A DNA stretch of 64,000 bases from Candidatus Woesearchaeota archaeon (GTDB lineage: Archaea > Nanobdellota > Nanobdellia > Woesearchaeales > UBA9642), in contig JAWABG010000001.1 of the NCBI GenBank assembly GCA_038884715.1, positions 38,287 to 102,286 of the forward strand, written 5' to 3'. The translations under genes and the position numbers were made by a program. The notes beneath the pieces are model-generated. The model was not told where the DNA came from. It searched no databases and saw only the letters and a list, made by a program, of their open reading frames with translations. Below, one piece after another: positions 49,113-59,475 of this stretch. The number at the start of each line of letters is the position of its first letter. Position 1 is the stretch's first letter.

Positions 49113-49838
49113 TTATATCTCCATAGACATTTTACCTTTTTTTCTTCCTGTTCTTCGCGGTCTAATCATACCAACTTTTCTTCCAGGAGGAGCATTATGA
49201 GGAGCAGGTCTTGCTTTGCTCTTTCTTGAAGTCCTTTTATTACCAAATGGATGGTCAACTGCATTCTGTGCACTACCACTTATCATTGGATATCTTTTGT
49301 TTCTAGCTCGCATGTAGTGGTACATGTTTCCTGCTTTTAGGAATGGTTTTTCTTTTCTTCCCCCACCCGCAACAACACCTATAGTTGCCCTGCAACTAGG
49401 ATGAAATATCCTAATTTTTTTTGAAGGTAATAAAACACTTACACCACTATCAGTTCTTTGGGTCACTTTTGCAAATCCCCCACTAGTTCTCACAAATTTT
49501 CCACCATCTCCAGGAACTCCTTCAATATTATATATGGGTGTACCTTCTGGAATGTCCTTTAATAAAAGTGTATTACCTGTCTTCAAATCTGCATTCTTGC
49601 CGTTGATTATTGTATCTCCAACTTTCATATCTTCATTAGCAATAACAAAACCCTCACTATCATCATCATATTTCACTTGAGCAAGAGGTGCAGAATGTCC
49701 TCTGCATCTTATTATATCAATTATATTTCCTGTAGCATCGCCAAACTTAATTTTAGCACTGGCTTTATAATTAAAACTTGGTGCCCTATACGTTGGGCTT
49801 CCTTTTCCCCTAGCCTGTTGAATTAAGTTTTTTCCCAT
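49113..49838 (-). CDS. rpl2: Ribosomal protein L2 (uL2).
   Basis: GKNLIQQARGKGSP...GGRKEKPFLKAGNMYHYMRARNKRYPMISGSAQNAVDHPFG. Confidence 0.9.
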   Translation of the reverse strand: MGKNLIQQARGKGSPTYRAPSFNYKASAKIKFGDATGNIIDIIRCRGHSAPLAQVKYDDDSEGFVIANEDMKVGDTIINGKNADLKTGNTLLLKDIPEGTPIYNIEGVPGDGGKFVRTSGGFAKVTQRTDSGVSVLLPSKKIRIFHPSCRATIGVVAGGGRKEKPFLKAGNMYHYMRARNKRYPMISGSAQNAVDHPFGNKRTSRKSKARPAPHNAPPGRKVGMIRPRRTGRKKGKMSMEI

Positions 49839-49848
49839 TTTATAATAT

Positions 49849-50097
49849 TTACATCATTCCGAGTTTAGTTGCAATATCTATTGCTGGTGTATCATTGCTG
49901 AACTTTACATATGCTCTTTTAACTCCCCCCGCATCAATATGTGTGTTTATTTTTGTTATTTTCACCTTAAACTCTTCCTCGATTGCTTTTTTTATGTCAT
50001 TCTTTGTTGCTTTTTTATCTACAACAAAGACAAGTTTGTTCTCTGACTCCATTAATCTTATGGATTTCTCTGTTGCAAGAGCATATTTTATTATCAT
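49849..50097 (-). CDS. rpl23: Ribosomal protein L23 (uL23).
   Basis: MIIKYALATEKSIRLMESENKLVFVVDKKATKNDIKKAIEEEFKVKITKINT. Confidence 0.85.
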   Translation of the reverse strand: MIIKYALATEKSIRLMESENKLVFVVDKKATKNDIKKAIEEEFKVKITKINTHIDAGGVKRAYVKFSNDTPAIDIATKLGMM

Positions 50098-50160
50098 TTT
50101 GTAATATATTTTATTATCTTATTTTGAATTTTTTTGATTTTCTTCTCAATAAATAATATT

Positions 50161-50985
50161 TTATGTGTTTTTGTTTTGTGTAGTTTGGAATAAACCATTA
50201 TTTAATATCTCGATTGCTCCTTTTGTATAAAGAGTTAGTCTTCCGGGTTGAGCTGCGGGAGCAAGCAGGGCAGCATTTAATTCATTTATTTTTACAATAT
50301 CAACTCCGGGAATGTTGTTACCAAATTTTAGTAGAGGACATTTCTTTGAAACAACAATGAGAGGACCTTTTTTAGTGATGTATTTTCTTCCTCTCATTTT
50401 TCCTCTTCCCGCTCTGATTTTGATTTCAGAAACTCTTTTGAGTTCTTCTTGAAAACCAAGACTTTTTAGCGCCTTTAAAAGATCTTTTGTCTTATTAATT
50501 TCTTCAAAAGAATTATCAATAATAAACGGAAATTCTTTTGGAATAATATGATTTCTTGCTTTGATATAATCAATATTTATTGAACCAGCTATCGCGCTAC
50601 ATATTGCCTTTCTATTTTCTTTCTTATTAATTTTTTTCTCCCAAATTTTTTCAATATTAGGTGGGTGTGCTCTCCTTCCTCCTCTTGTTTGAGGTGCAAA
50701 TGCTCCAACCCAATTCATTTGAGAACCTCTTCTAGTTAATATTTTCCGTGGAACTCTTGAAATTCCCTTACCATAACTTCCCCTATAATTTCTTCTCCTT
50801 TTTGAAACAAGGGCGCTTGCCTTTTTTCCTGCACGAGGATCTGGAGAATAAGGCTGCCGATTATTGGCATTTAAAGTAAGTACTGCTCTTTTTATTAGAT
50901 CTGGTCTTATCTCTTCACTAAATTGAATAGGAAGATCTATTTTTCCTGTTTCCTTTTTTTCTTGATCAAAAATAATTAATTTCAT
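50161..50985 (-). CDS. rpl4: Ribosomal protein L4 (uL4, L1e-type).
   Basis: KRRRNYRGSYGKGISRVPRKILTRRGSQMNWVGAFAPQTRGGRRAHPP. Confidence 0.85.
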   Translation of the reverse strand: MKLIIFDQEKKETGKIDLPIQFSEEIRPDLIKRAVLTLNANNRQPYSPDPRAGKKASALVSKRRRNYRGSYGKGISRVPRKILTRRGSQMNWVGAFAPQTRGGRRAHPPNIEKIWEKKINKKENRKAICSAIAGSINIDYIKARNHIIPKEFPFIIDNSFEEINKTKDLLKALKSLGFQEELKRVSEIKIRAGRGKMRGRKYITKKGPLIVVSKKCPLLKFGNNIPGVDIVKINELNAALLAPAAQPGRLTLYTKGAIEILNNGLFQTTQNKNT

Positions 50986-51001
50986 TTTTATTATACTTTT
51001 T

Positions 51002-52000
51002 TTATTTACCTTGATTTGACTTTAAGCTAATATACTCAATCGATGGAACTTCAAGAGGCTTTTTTCCCATTATGGATTTTGTTAGTAATATTAGTCTTTT
51101 TTTTGGGCCTGAAACAGACCCTTTTATTAAAACATATTCTGATTTTATAAAACCATAATTTACAAATCCGCCTTTTGGATTTATTTCCTCTGGCTTATTT
51201 GAAATTTTCATTATCTGCTTATTATAATCTATTCTTTGATGAAACCCTGTTTGCCCTGCATGTGGAACTCTATACATAACATGCCCTTGTCCCGACCAAC
51301 CTCCTAAAGAACCAGGTCCTCTTTTTGTTTTTTCTGACTTATGAGGTCGTATCTGAATTCCAAATCTTTTTACTGGCCCTTGAAATCCTTTTCCTTTTGT
51401 TATTGCACGAGTATCAACTAACTCTCCCTCTTTAAAAACAGAACTCAATGTGATTTCCTTGTTGTGGTGTGCTTTTACAAATTCAAACTTATCCTTATTT
51501 GATCCGCCTAAACAAATCTCAAAAAGCTCCGGCTTTTTCTTAAGATGTATTGAAGATGGTGTTGTATAAACTGTGATTGTGATTTTAGAATAATTATCGG
51601 GATTTATAGATGAAAAATCAGAAGAAGGATTTGAAAAATGAGACTTTGGAAGATTTGTTTTTCTTAACAAAAACTTATCTGTTTTAAAAAAAATCTCTTT
51701 GTCAAGATAAAAGCCGTAAGGGTTTTTTTTATAAAATCTGACACTATTTATCTTTATCGGAGGACACTCAACAATTGTTACTGGAAGTGTAATTTCCTGT
51801 CCTTTTGTCAGTGAGTGCTTACCGTTATCGATGATTGTTATGTGAGTCATACCTGCTTTATAACCTGCAAATGCCAATGGCAAAGCATCTTTCGTGTTCT
51901 TTGCAAAAGACCATTTTCTTATTCGAGGATACATTCTTTTAGCCCTGACTCTAGGCCAGAATTGCATACTTCCACTCCTCGGATTATTTGGTTTTGGCAT
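51002..52000 (-). CDS. rpl3: Ribosomal protein L3 (uL3); first gene of the superoperon.
   Basis: FQGPVKRFGIQIRPHKSEKTKRGPGSLGGWSGQGHVMYRVPHAGQTGFHQR. An AT-rich TATA-like region lies upstream (52060-52100). Confidence 0.9.
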   Translation of the reverse strand: MPKPNNPRSGSMQFWPRVRAKRMYPRIRKWSFAKNTKDALPLAFAGYKAGMTHITIIDNGKHSLTKGQEITLPVTIVECPPIKINSVRFYKKNPYGFYLDKEIFFKTDKFLLRKTNLPKSHFSNPSSDFSSINPDNYSKITITVYTTPSSIHLKKKPELFEICLGGSNKDKFEFVKAHHNKEITLSSVFKEGELVDTRAITKGKGFQGPVKRFGIQIRPHKSEKTKRGPGSLGGWSGQGHVMYRVPHAGQTGFHQRIDYNKQIMKISNKPEEINPKGGFVNYGFIKSEYVLIKGSVSGPKKRLILLTKSIMGKKPLEVPSIEYISLKSNQGK

Positions 52001-52459
52001 CTTTAATTTTTATACAAAACCTCAAAAATTATTTTCAATTTTTGCAGGCTCTGCTTAGTTGATTTCTTTATATATAATATTATATAGTTTATATACTGAG
52101 TTTATATAGTTGAGTTGGTTCCTAAAACTAAATTTCGTTATAAGTTATATATTATTTAGTCGCATTTGTGGACAAATATAAAAAGGAATAAGCCTATTAG
52201 TGAAATCCTTCTTAGAACTCGCAAGGTTCGGTAATGAAAAAGGATTCTTTTCAGGCCTTATTTTCCTGTACTTTATTAACTATAGTTTATATTTTAATTT
52301 ACATAAAGTATATTAATATAATTTATATACAATATGCTATCTCGGAGGAATGATGAGGTGTTTATAAATATATCGGTAGTATCCCTGAAATTTACTTATC
52401 TAAGCACAATATTTATCTAAATCAAAGAAAAATCAATGAACATACATTTATCAATAGAA

Positions 52460-53944
52460 TTAGTCTTTAGCATCCCCTATCTCAATTTCATATTTTTTAG
52501 GTGGTGAATTTTTGTTTTCTTTTTTTTCTTTGTTTGTACTAATAATAGCTTCTGCATCCGCAACTTGATTTTTTTCTGTTTTCTGTTTTCTCCACACCCC
52601 ACTCATTGTCTTAAATTCTCGAAGTGTCGCTCTAACTCTTTGTACAGGGTTCTTTATTCGTTTATGATTTTCATTATTACAGTAAACACCAAGTGATTTA
52701 TAATAAGCTTCATTATCACAATTAGGAGGAAGAACTTTTTTTCTATTTTGCTTGTGATAACGTAGCTGTCCAACAACATAATTCTCTCTTAATGGCTCCT
52801 TATTTTTTTCATTCCATTGATGAATCCTTTTTTCAATATCTTCGTAACTCCAATTCATACATGACAAAAAATTTATTAATATTAATAAGCCTCTTTTTCT
52901 TCCATCTTCTAGACCGTTCAAGATTTTCTTAATACAATCAGGAAAAAATTCTTCAGGAATTTTTTTGCCTATTTCATTAAGATATTGTATTGAATGAAAT
53001 TTTTTATCTTTTATTTCAAATCTTTTTTCATCTTTTATTTTTGGATTAAAATCAAACGCTTCTCTCAATAACAAGCTTATCTCGCCCTTTACTGCATTCT
53101 TCCTGTCAAGAAAAGAAATTATTTGTTTTATATTTTCAGGTCTTGCATCTTCCTTAGTGAAATTCAACAACCTATCAGTGTCAATTGGCAGAGATATAAG
53201 ACCAGATTTTTCATGAAAGCTGTATGGCATCCTGTACATATGACGCGGACTTATTAAAACAGTATCAATTTCTATGAATGGCTCTGCATTTATTTTGTAA
53301 TGTATAATTCCTTTTTTTGTCTCTTGAATAATAATGTCTTTTCTTTGCAGTCCTGTTTTTTGCAAAATACTATCAACATTTTTTTCAATTTGAAATATTG
53401 CTCTGCTTACTGGTTTTGAAATTAAATATTTTAAGTATAGTGCTATTCTCTTTGGTGCTTCAGGAAACATTTTATTGATTGGAATTTTATTAACAATTTC
53501 AGGAAAACACTCAAAAGGCACACCTATATGAAATCCTTTATTTCCTGAAAACTTCACACTAATACTTTTTACTCCATATTTTTGCAAGGCCTTAATTGTG
53601 TAATATGCAGCAATCTTGCTGTAATCAAAAACCTTACAATCTATATCTATTATTAAGTCAAATCCTATTCGTAAATCGTCAAGTTCGTGCTTTTTTTGAT
53701 TTGTTGTTAGCTGAAGAGGGTTTTTCCATAATTCTTCAGAACAGTGAAAACTTAATGCCCCTTGTTTTGCTAGTTCAAGGACGTCATTTTCATATTTCAA
53801 AATGTCTGGTCGTTTACCAAATCCTTCATTAAAATGTACTGCAACTTCTTTATTTTTTGAGTGCTCAATCATTGCTGCTCTAACATCTGCTCGTTTATAA
53901 AAAGATAAGGTGTTACGAATATCAATATTTATTTCTCCAGTCAT
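52460..53944 (-). CDS. priS: DNA primase small catalytic subunit PriS (AEP superfamily) with a roughly 150-aa C-terminal extension containing four Cys.
   Basis: PriS motif I LIIDIDCKVFD (DxD). Motif II FSGNKGFHIGVPF (SGxRGxH). Motif III RMPYSFHEKSGLIS. The C-terminal extension carries Cys in PDCIKK, FLSCMNW, PPNCDNE and GVYCNNE. Confidence 0.8.
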   Translation of the reverse strand: MTGEINIDIRNTLSFYKRADVRAAMIEHSKNKEVAVHFNEGFGKRPDILKYENDVLELAKQGALSFHCSEELWKNPLQLTTNQKKHELDDLRIGFDLIIDIDCKVFDYSKIAAYYTIKALQKYGVKSISVKFSGNKGFHIGVPFECFPEIVNKIPINKMFPEAPKRIALYLKYLISKPVSRAIFQIEKNVDSILQKTGLQRKDIIIQETKKGIIHYKINAEPFIEIDTVLISPRHMYRMPYSFHEKSGLISLPIDTDRLLNFTKEDARPENIKQIISFLDRKNAVKGEISLLLREAFDFNPKIKDEKRFEIKDKKFHSIQYLNEIGKKIPEEFFPDCIKKILNGLEDGRKRGLLILINFLSCMNWSYEDIEKRIHQWNEKNKEPLRENYVVGQLRYHKQNRKKVLPPNCDNEAYYKSLGVYCNNENHKRIKNPVQRVRATLREFKTMSGVWRKQKTEKNQVADAEAIISTNKEKKENKNSPPKKYEIEIGDAKD

Positions 53945-54146
53945 AAATAATAAGAAAAAGAAAAGGATTTAAATTGATTGTGAACTTCTAAATATATATT
54001 ATCTTTGCGTCTGAATAATGCCTTGCGTGATAATAGACATAATAACAAATATTGTTTTTTATAATAGTAATAGACTACATATTTTTTAATACTCTTTATC
54101 AGAAAATAGTATAATTTAATTAAGTTTTATCAAAAAATTATTTGTA

Positions 54147-54650
54147 TTAAAATTCTTCAAATATTCTTTTTCCTTCGTCTTTTCTTATGCATAAAAGAAC
54201 CTTTTTATCCTTATTTATGTAGCTTGCGAGGACCCGCCCAAAGAGTATAATATGATCTCCAGCATCTAGTTGACTTTCTAGACGACATTCAAAATTAATT
54301 GTTGCATCAGAAATAAGAGGGGACTTTATTGTTCTTGCAGGCTCTGTTTTTATTTTTGTTGCCTTAAATTTATCTATCTCTGCTCCCTTCATTGTACCAA
54401 AAAAATCAAGCTCTGGTTCAAGTTCTTTATTAGGCACAGCCACAATAAATTCTTTACTTTGCGCTATTAGATTGTAAGTATTACCCTCTTTAGCTAAAGA
54501 GATTGCAAGCATTCTTGGTTCATTAGAGCATTTCATGAAGCATTTTGTTACTGTACCGTTTGGTTTTCCTTCTTTATCTACAGATATAACAAATACATAA
54601 ATCTCGGGCTTTAATTTTTCAAATGCTTCTGTAACAGCCACTTCTTCCAT
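54147..54650 (-). CDS. Flavin-reductase-like FMN-binding domain protein.
   Basis: Size (167 aa) and the ...AGDHIILFGRVLASYINKD signature (GDHxxxxGxV) match the flavin_reduct/PNPOx-like split-barrel fold. Confidence 0.5.
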   Translation of the reverse strand: MEEVAVTEAFEKLKPEIYVFVISVDKEGKPNGTVTKCFMKCSNEPRMLAISLAKEGNTYNLIAQSKEFIVAVPNKELEPELDFFGTMKGAEIDKFKATKIKTEPARTIKSPLISDATINFECRLESQLDAGDHIILFGRVLASYINKDKKVLLCIRKDEGKRIFEEF

Positions 54651-54753
54651 TAAAATTAGAAAAAAAAGGATTTATAAAAAACTATCGAAAGTTATAAAAT
54701 AGGTAAATATAGATTGAGTAATATTTTAATACTAATATTATTATTTTAAATTT

Positions 54754-55113
54754 GTGAATAAAAAATTACAACAAGAACTGCTTAGAGAAATAAATAAGGC
54801 TAAAGATGATTTAACAATTGTAGAAGGAATAAAAGATAAAAAATCTTTAGAAAGTCTTGGTTTTAAGAGAATATTATTAGTAAAAGGTCCTTTATTTCTA
54901 ATGATAGAAAATATTACAAAATTGAATAAAAAGAACAAAAAAATAAATATCCTTACGGATTTAGACAAAGAAGGTAGACAAATTCATCATATTCTTAAAG
55001 ATGAATTATGTCGTAGGGGAATAAAGTGCAATGACAGGCTTCGTGAGATTTTGTTCAAGACAGAATTAAGGCAGATTGAGGGATTAAAAAATTATCTAGA
55101 AAAAGAAGAATAA
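54754..55113 (+). CDS. Small Toprim-domain protein (COG1658-like).
   Basis: TIVEGIKDKKSLESLGF (conserved E) ... ILLVKG ... ILTDLDKEGRQI (DxD). 119 aa. A divergent promoter is shared with 54147..54650. Confidence 0.55.
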   Translation: MNKKLQQELLREINKAKDDLTIVEGIKDKKSLESLGFKRILLVKGPLFLMIENITKLNKKNKKINILTDLDKEGRQIHHILKDELCRRGIKCNDRLREILFKTELRQIEGLKNYLEKEE

Positions 55114-55879
55114 AAATTACATAATATAATTCAAATTATCTGAATATTATCTGCAAATATTATATAAAACTCCACAAAACTGTCATTTATTATAACATAG
55201 CTGTATTTATGTAAGTAAGTAAAATTCTGTTTTGACATTGAGACAATAATAGCTTCTAAATACTCAACTTTTTTCCAGAAGGTAAATATGAAACACCACT
55301 TAACTCTAACCATAATAATTAATTTTATTTTTGTCTTAAATGTGTTAAAATTGATCTTTTAATTCGTACTTAGCGCCAATCCTTGCTCAAATTTCTTATC
55401 TTCTTTTTCAAAATCATGAATAAACAAACAGGTTCTTAAAATTTCAGTTTACATTATTCCAAAAATTTGATTTCATAGATTGCGAGAAATATCTTAGATT
55501 ATAAAAAAGTATTGACTTGATAATCGAAAAAGTATATAATTATTTTCTTTAATTATTTGTTATAAGCATCACTTCATAATCTTCTATATCTGGATATTTT
55601 ACTCGAAGAAAAAAAAGAAAATTGTCTAGTTCTACTGCAGTCTTAAAGTCAGCAAAAAATGAAAGCTCTGCATTTCCAATATACTCTCTAATCTGTGTCA
55701 CATTTTTGTTCATTCTAATATATTCTTTTAGCAAATTAATTACAAGAAAAGCAGTATTGTATGTTAGCCTCAACATGAACTTGGGAAAATAGAAACATAC
55801 CGTGAAAACAAAACAGAAATGCAAAAAATAAATTTTTAATTTCTTGTTTTTTTATTTATTTTAGGATTTTTAAAGTTTC

Positions 55880-56797
55880 TCACATCGCTTCAAGTCTTTT
55901 AATTCTCTCATCGATTGGTGGGTGTGTTGAGAATAAATTATTCAACCAACTTTGCTTATTTCTGAGAGGGTTTTCAATCCAAAGATGAGCCATCCCTTTA
56001 TTTGCGGTGTCAACTACTTTATCATTGTCATTCTTTATTTTTTTCAACGCATTTGCTAAACCTGGAGGATACCTTGTAAGCAAAGCACCATTCGCATCTG
56101 CCAAATATTCTCTTTTTCTTGATATGGCAAGCTTTATCAGCTGTGCAATTATAGGAGCAAGAATTGCGAGAACAATTGCTATAAGAACAAACAGTATACC
56201 GAGATTCCCACTGCCCCGATCATTATCCCTCCTACCACCACTCCAAAGAAATGCCCTAAACATAATATCGGACAATAACACTATTACACCTACTAGCACT
56301 GCTGCAAGCAGCATAGTTCGAACATCAAAATTTTTTATGTGAGAAATTTCGTGGGCAATAACTCCCTCTAACTCTTGTCTGCTTAGTTTTTTTCTTGCAC
56401 CCGATGTGATTGTTATTGATGCGTGCTGTGGATCTCTACCTGTCGCAAATGCATTTATTGATTCTTCTTTAATCATATAAATCTTTGGCATTGGAACTCC
56501 AGCAGCAATTGATAGTCCTTCAACTGTATTATAATAATATGGATCTTCTTTTCTAGTGATTGGTTTGGCTTTTACAGTAGCTAGTAATATAGAATCCCCT
56601 GTATAATAAGCTATCAAAATATAAATTATCGAAAAAATAAAAGCAATTACCAAAAAAGGAATAGCGCCATATAATGAATTTGTAAATCCAAGACCGAAGA
56701 CAAATGCAAGAACAAGAATGAACAATGTAAAAACAACAAACAACATATAGCTCTTCCATTTATTTGAGCTTATTTGAGAATAAAAATCTGATGCCAT
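55880..56797 (-). CDS. htpX: HtpX-family membrane zinc metalloprotease (M48).
   Basis: Four TM segments and the HEISHIKNFD zincin motif. Adjacent to LemA. Confidence 0.85.
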   Translation of the reverse strand: MASDFYSQISSNKWKSYMLFVVFTLFILVLAFVFGLGFTNSLYGAIPFLVIAFIFSIIYILIAYYTGDSILLATVKAKPITRKEDPYYYNTVEGLSIAAGVPMPKIYMIKEESINAFATGRDPQHASITITSGARKKLSRQELEGVIAHEISHIKNFDVRTMLLAAVLVGVIVLLSDIMFRAFLWSGGRRDNDRGSGNLGILFVLIAIVLAILAPIIAQLIKLAISRKREYLADANGALLTRYPPGLANALKKIKNDNDKVVDTANKGMAHLWIENPLRNKQSWLNNLFSTHPPIDERIKRLEAM

Positions 56798-56912
56798 TGA
56801 ATCACCATTTATAATTATTGAAAAAAAAACATGAAAGTAATATAGGATTCTGCGAGCTATAATAAAAAATGAAGTCTGTTTTTCTATGCATACTTTCTTT
56901 TAAAATATGCAT

Positions 56913-57467
56913 CTAAAACTGAACTTTAATTGCTTTCCTCTCTTCTTCACTATCTGTCTTGAAAAAGTCCCTTTTAACAAAGTTAAACATTCCTGCGATG
57001 ATGTTTGTTGGGAACATCTGTATTTTGTTGTTAAAAACGAGGACAGAGTCATTATAAAATTGTCTTGCATATGCAATCTTGCTTTCTGTTCCGCTAAGTT
57101 CTTCTTGTAACTGTAAGAAATTTTCATTGGCTTTTAATGTAGGATATGCCTCTGCCACTGCGAACAATGATTTGAGTGCGCCCGCAAGCATTCCATCTGC
57201 TTTTGCTTTTTCTGGAATACTTTTTGCATTAGCCATCATATTCCTTGCTTCTGTTACCATCTTAAAAGTTTCTTTTTCGTGTTTTGCATAACCCTTTACT
57301 GTTTCAACTAAGTTAGGAATAAGATCAAATCTTCGCTTGAGCTGTACATCAATTTGGCTCCAAGCATTATCAATCCTATTTCGTAATACAACCAAGCTGT
57401 TATAAGCTATAATAAGCCACAGGATAAGTATTATAACAACTATCAATATTATTATTCCAATAACCAT
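56913..57467 (-). CDS. lemA: LemA family protein.
   Basis: N-terminal TM, then [48 protein letters not shown]. Confidence 0.85.
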   Translation of the reverse strand: MVIGIIILIVVIILILWLIIAYNSLVVLRNRIDNAWSQIDVQLKRRFDLIPNLVETVKGYAKHEKETFKMVTEARNMMANAKSIPEKAKADGMLAGALKSLFAVAEAYPTLKANENFLQLQEELSGTESKIAYARQFYNDSVLVFNNKIQMFPTNIIAGMFNFVKRDFFKTDSEEERKAIKVQF

Positions 57468-57729
57468 TTATACCCCCTCCCATAGGTAATTTTATTATAA
57501 ATATAATTATATAAACATATTAATAAGTATTATATTTTATTTATAATATTTTATGTATATCAATTGAGAGAGAAACCTTATTTATAAATGTTATGAAATA
57601 AGTTACTAATGTATTAAAAAATTTGTATAGTTAAAAACTGATTATTTAATTTAGAAATTAGTTATTTGAACAGAGGTCTGAAATATAAATAATTCTAAAA
57701 AAATAATCAGATAGCTTTAGTTTAAAGAA

Positions 57730-58671
57730 TTAAGTAAATATTATTGGAGTAACATACACCTCAAGTAATGCAGCAAGAAACAGTAAACCAAGACTTAATA
57801 ATAACAAATCTGCACTGTCTAATAAAACATGTTCAAATTTTCTTGTTCCAAAATCGTGTCTAATTACTGCAACACTAATTATCCCTCCTGCAAGACCTGC
57901 AGTAAAATACGCGAGTATTTCTGGAATTCCGTGGATAGCATACTTAAATAAACCTATAGAAATCACACCAAAATAATGAGAAATCTTGTCAAAACCAAAA
58001 ACATCTGAAGCTCTTGAAAGTCCTGCCCTTATAAAATTTCCAATAGCCACTCCAATCACAGAAGCATTCCACGCTAAAATAAACATTGCTCCTGCTCCAT
58101 AAAGAAATGAAAATAGAATACAAAAAACCAGTACCTTCAAATTATTTGAGAATATGTGGGTAAATATTTTTAATGAATCTGCAATTGAAAGACCTGTCAC
58201 GCCTCCATTAATAGCCTTTATTGTATTACTCTGAGCTTCAAATAATACTCCAACAGTTTCGGATGGAAGCACAACAAACCACAAAGCTGCTGCAAGAAGT
58301 ATTCCAACGAATAAAAACATAAAACACTCCAGAGCTTTTGCATGCTCCTTTAAAAGAAACTTTTCTTCAAGGTCTTGCAAATCCTTTTTTTCTTCTTCTT
58401 TAATAGATTTAATAACTAAAGGGAGACACGCCATTGTTGTAAAAAAAACCATTATCATACTTGCATAACTCTTGAATATCCACATAGCTAAAAGACTTGC
58501 AATACTACAATAAAAAAAACCAAGGAAGATGAGTTTATAAGGGTTCTTGGTCATTGTAAATGGATTAACAAGAGATTCAATAACCATACTAATTTCTACT
58601 AACAGGGTGTTTATATATTTTGTGCTGAATCTTAATGAAGTACAAAAACTGATTAAACACAAAAACCACAA
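57730..58671 (-). CDS. Polytopic integral membrane protein, possibly DUF95/SpoIIM-like.
   Basis: At least six predicted TM helices. An HGIPEILAYFTAGLAGG segment resembles the DUF95 HGxxE motif. Weak call. Confidence 0.4.
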   Translation of the reverse strand: MWFLCLISFCTSLRFSTKYINTLLVEISMVIESLVNPFTMTKNPYKLIFLGFFYCSIASLLAMWIFKSYASMIMVFFTTMACLPLVIKSIKEEEKKDLQDLEEKFLLKEHAKALECFMFLFVGILLAAALWFVVLPSETVGVLFEAQSNTIKAINGGVTGLSIADSLKIFTHIFSNNLKVLVFCILFSFLYGAGAMFILAWNASVIGVAIGNFIRAGLSRASDVFGFDKISHYFGVISIGLFKYAIHGIPEILAYFTAGLAGGIISVAVIRHDFGTRKFEHVLLDSADLLLLSLGLLFLAALLEVYVTPIIFT

Positions 58672-58703
58672 CTTTTTAAAGATGTATAATTTCCTTTTTT
58701 AAT

Positions 58704-59111
58704 ATGAATTATGAAGAAATGCTTGAACGGGGTAAAAAGAAACTGCCTGATTTTTCAGAAAACACAGAAAGATTCATAATACCACAAGTATCAGGACATT
58801 TAGAAGGAAATAAAACAGTTATAAATAATTTTTTTCAGATAGCCAGTGCCATTAATAGAGATCCTGACCATTTATTAAAATATTTATTAAAAGAGCTTGC
58901 AACACCTGGCGAATTCAAAAAACAATTATTAGTGTTAGGAAGCAAGGTTCCAAGCCAAAGAATAAATGAAAAGATTGAAAAATATATCCAAGAGTTTGTG
59001 ATTTGCAAAGAATGCGGGAAGCCAGATACAAAATTGTCTAAGGAAGAAGGAGTATATTTTATAAAGTGTCAAGCTTGCGGTGCAAGACATAGCATTTACT
59101 CAAGAATTTAA
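58704..59111 (+). CDS. eif2b: Translation initiation factor 2 beta subunit (aIF2-beta).
   Basis: NFFQIASAINRDPDHLLKYLLKELATPG. C-terminal zinc ribbon CKECGKPDTKL...CQACGA. Confidence 0.85.
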   Translation: MNYEEMLERGKKKLPDFSENTERFIIPQVSGHLEGNKTVINNFFQIASAINRDPDHLLKYLLKELATPGEFKKQLLVLGSKVPSQRINEKIEKYIQEFVICKECGKPDTKLSKEEGVYFIKCQACGARHSIYSRI

Positions 59112-59140
59112 GATAAAAGAATAAAAAACAAAAAAATAAA

Positions 59141-59434
59141 ATGATTCTTAAAAAACAGTATGCTGATGGTAAAGAGATTTTATCAATAATAGATGATGAT
59201 TTGCTAGAAAAAAGGTTTGAGGAAGGAAATAAAATTTTGGATTTTAGCTCTGATTTTTATAAGGGTGAAAAAAAGACAAGGCGAGAACTAAAAAAAGAAA
59301 TAATGTCTGCATACATAATTAATGCCGCGGGTAAAAAAACAATCAGTTTTTTAAGTGAACTAAAACTAATAGACAATAAGAGCATAAAATTCATTAATAA
59401 AATTCCATACACTAATTTGTTGTTGATAAAATAA
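59141..59434 (+). CDS. DUF424-like small protein, commonly found downstream of aIF2-beta in archaea.
   Basis: 97 aa with GKEILSIIDDDLLEKRFEEGNKILDFSSDFYKGE. Conserved position after eif2b. Confidence 0.45.
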   Translation: MILKKQYADGKEILSIIDDDLLEKRFEEGNKILDFSSDFYKGEKKTRRELKKEIMSAYIINAAGKKTISFLSELKLIDNKSIKFINKIPYTNLLLIK

Positions 59435-59475
59435 TAACAAAATAAATAATAGAATAAATAATTATGTGCCGTTAT

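Noticed and set aside
52186-52270. Examined as a possible tRNA (GC-enriched, about 85 nt).
   Set aside because: No 7-bp acceptor stem, no T-loop (GTTCRANYC) and no D-loop consensus. It is retained only as a generic structured element. No tRNA-like GC island was seen in any intergenic region of the window.
52340-52400. Possible C/D-box sRNA: ATGATGA at about 52349, CTGA at about 52393.
   Set aside because: The spacer is only about 32 nt, too short for two guides. No recognisable C'/D' boxes and no terminal stem. Probably a chance match in AT-rich DNA.
54741-55313. Minus-strand ORFs 54741..54968 and 55131..55313.
   Set aside because: The first is fully antisense to the well-supported Toprim gene. 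The second is a 60-aa low-complexity ORF with no SD. Both are treated as spurious.
55549-55824. 91-aa minus-strand ORF upstream of htpX.
   Set aside because: No recognisable motif, and the start is ambiguous. It could be a small real protein starting at the internal MNKNVTQIREY..., but the evidence is insufficient to call.
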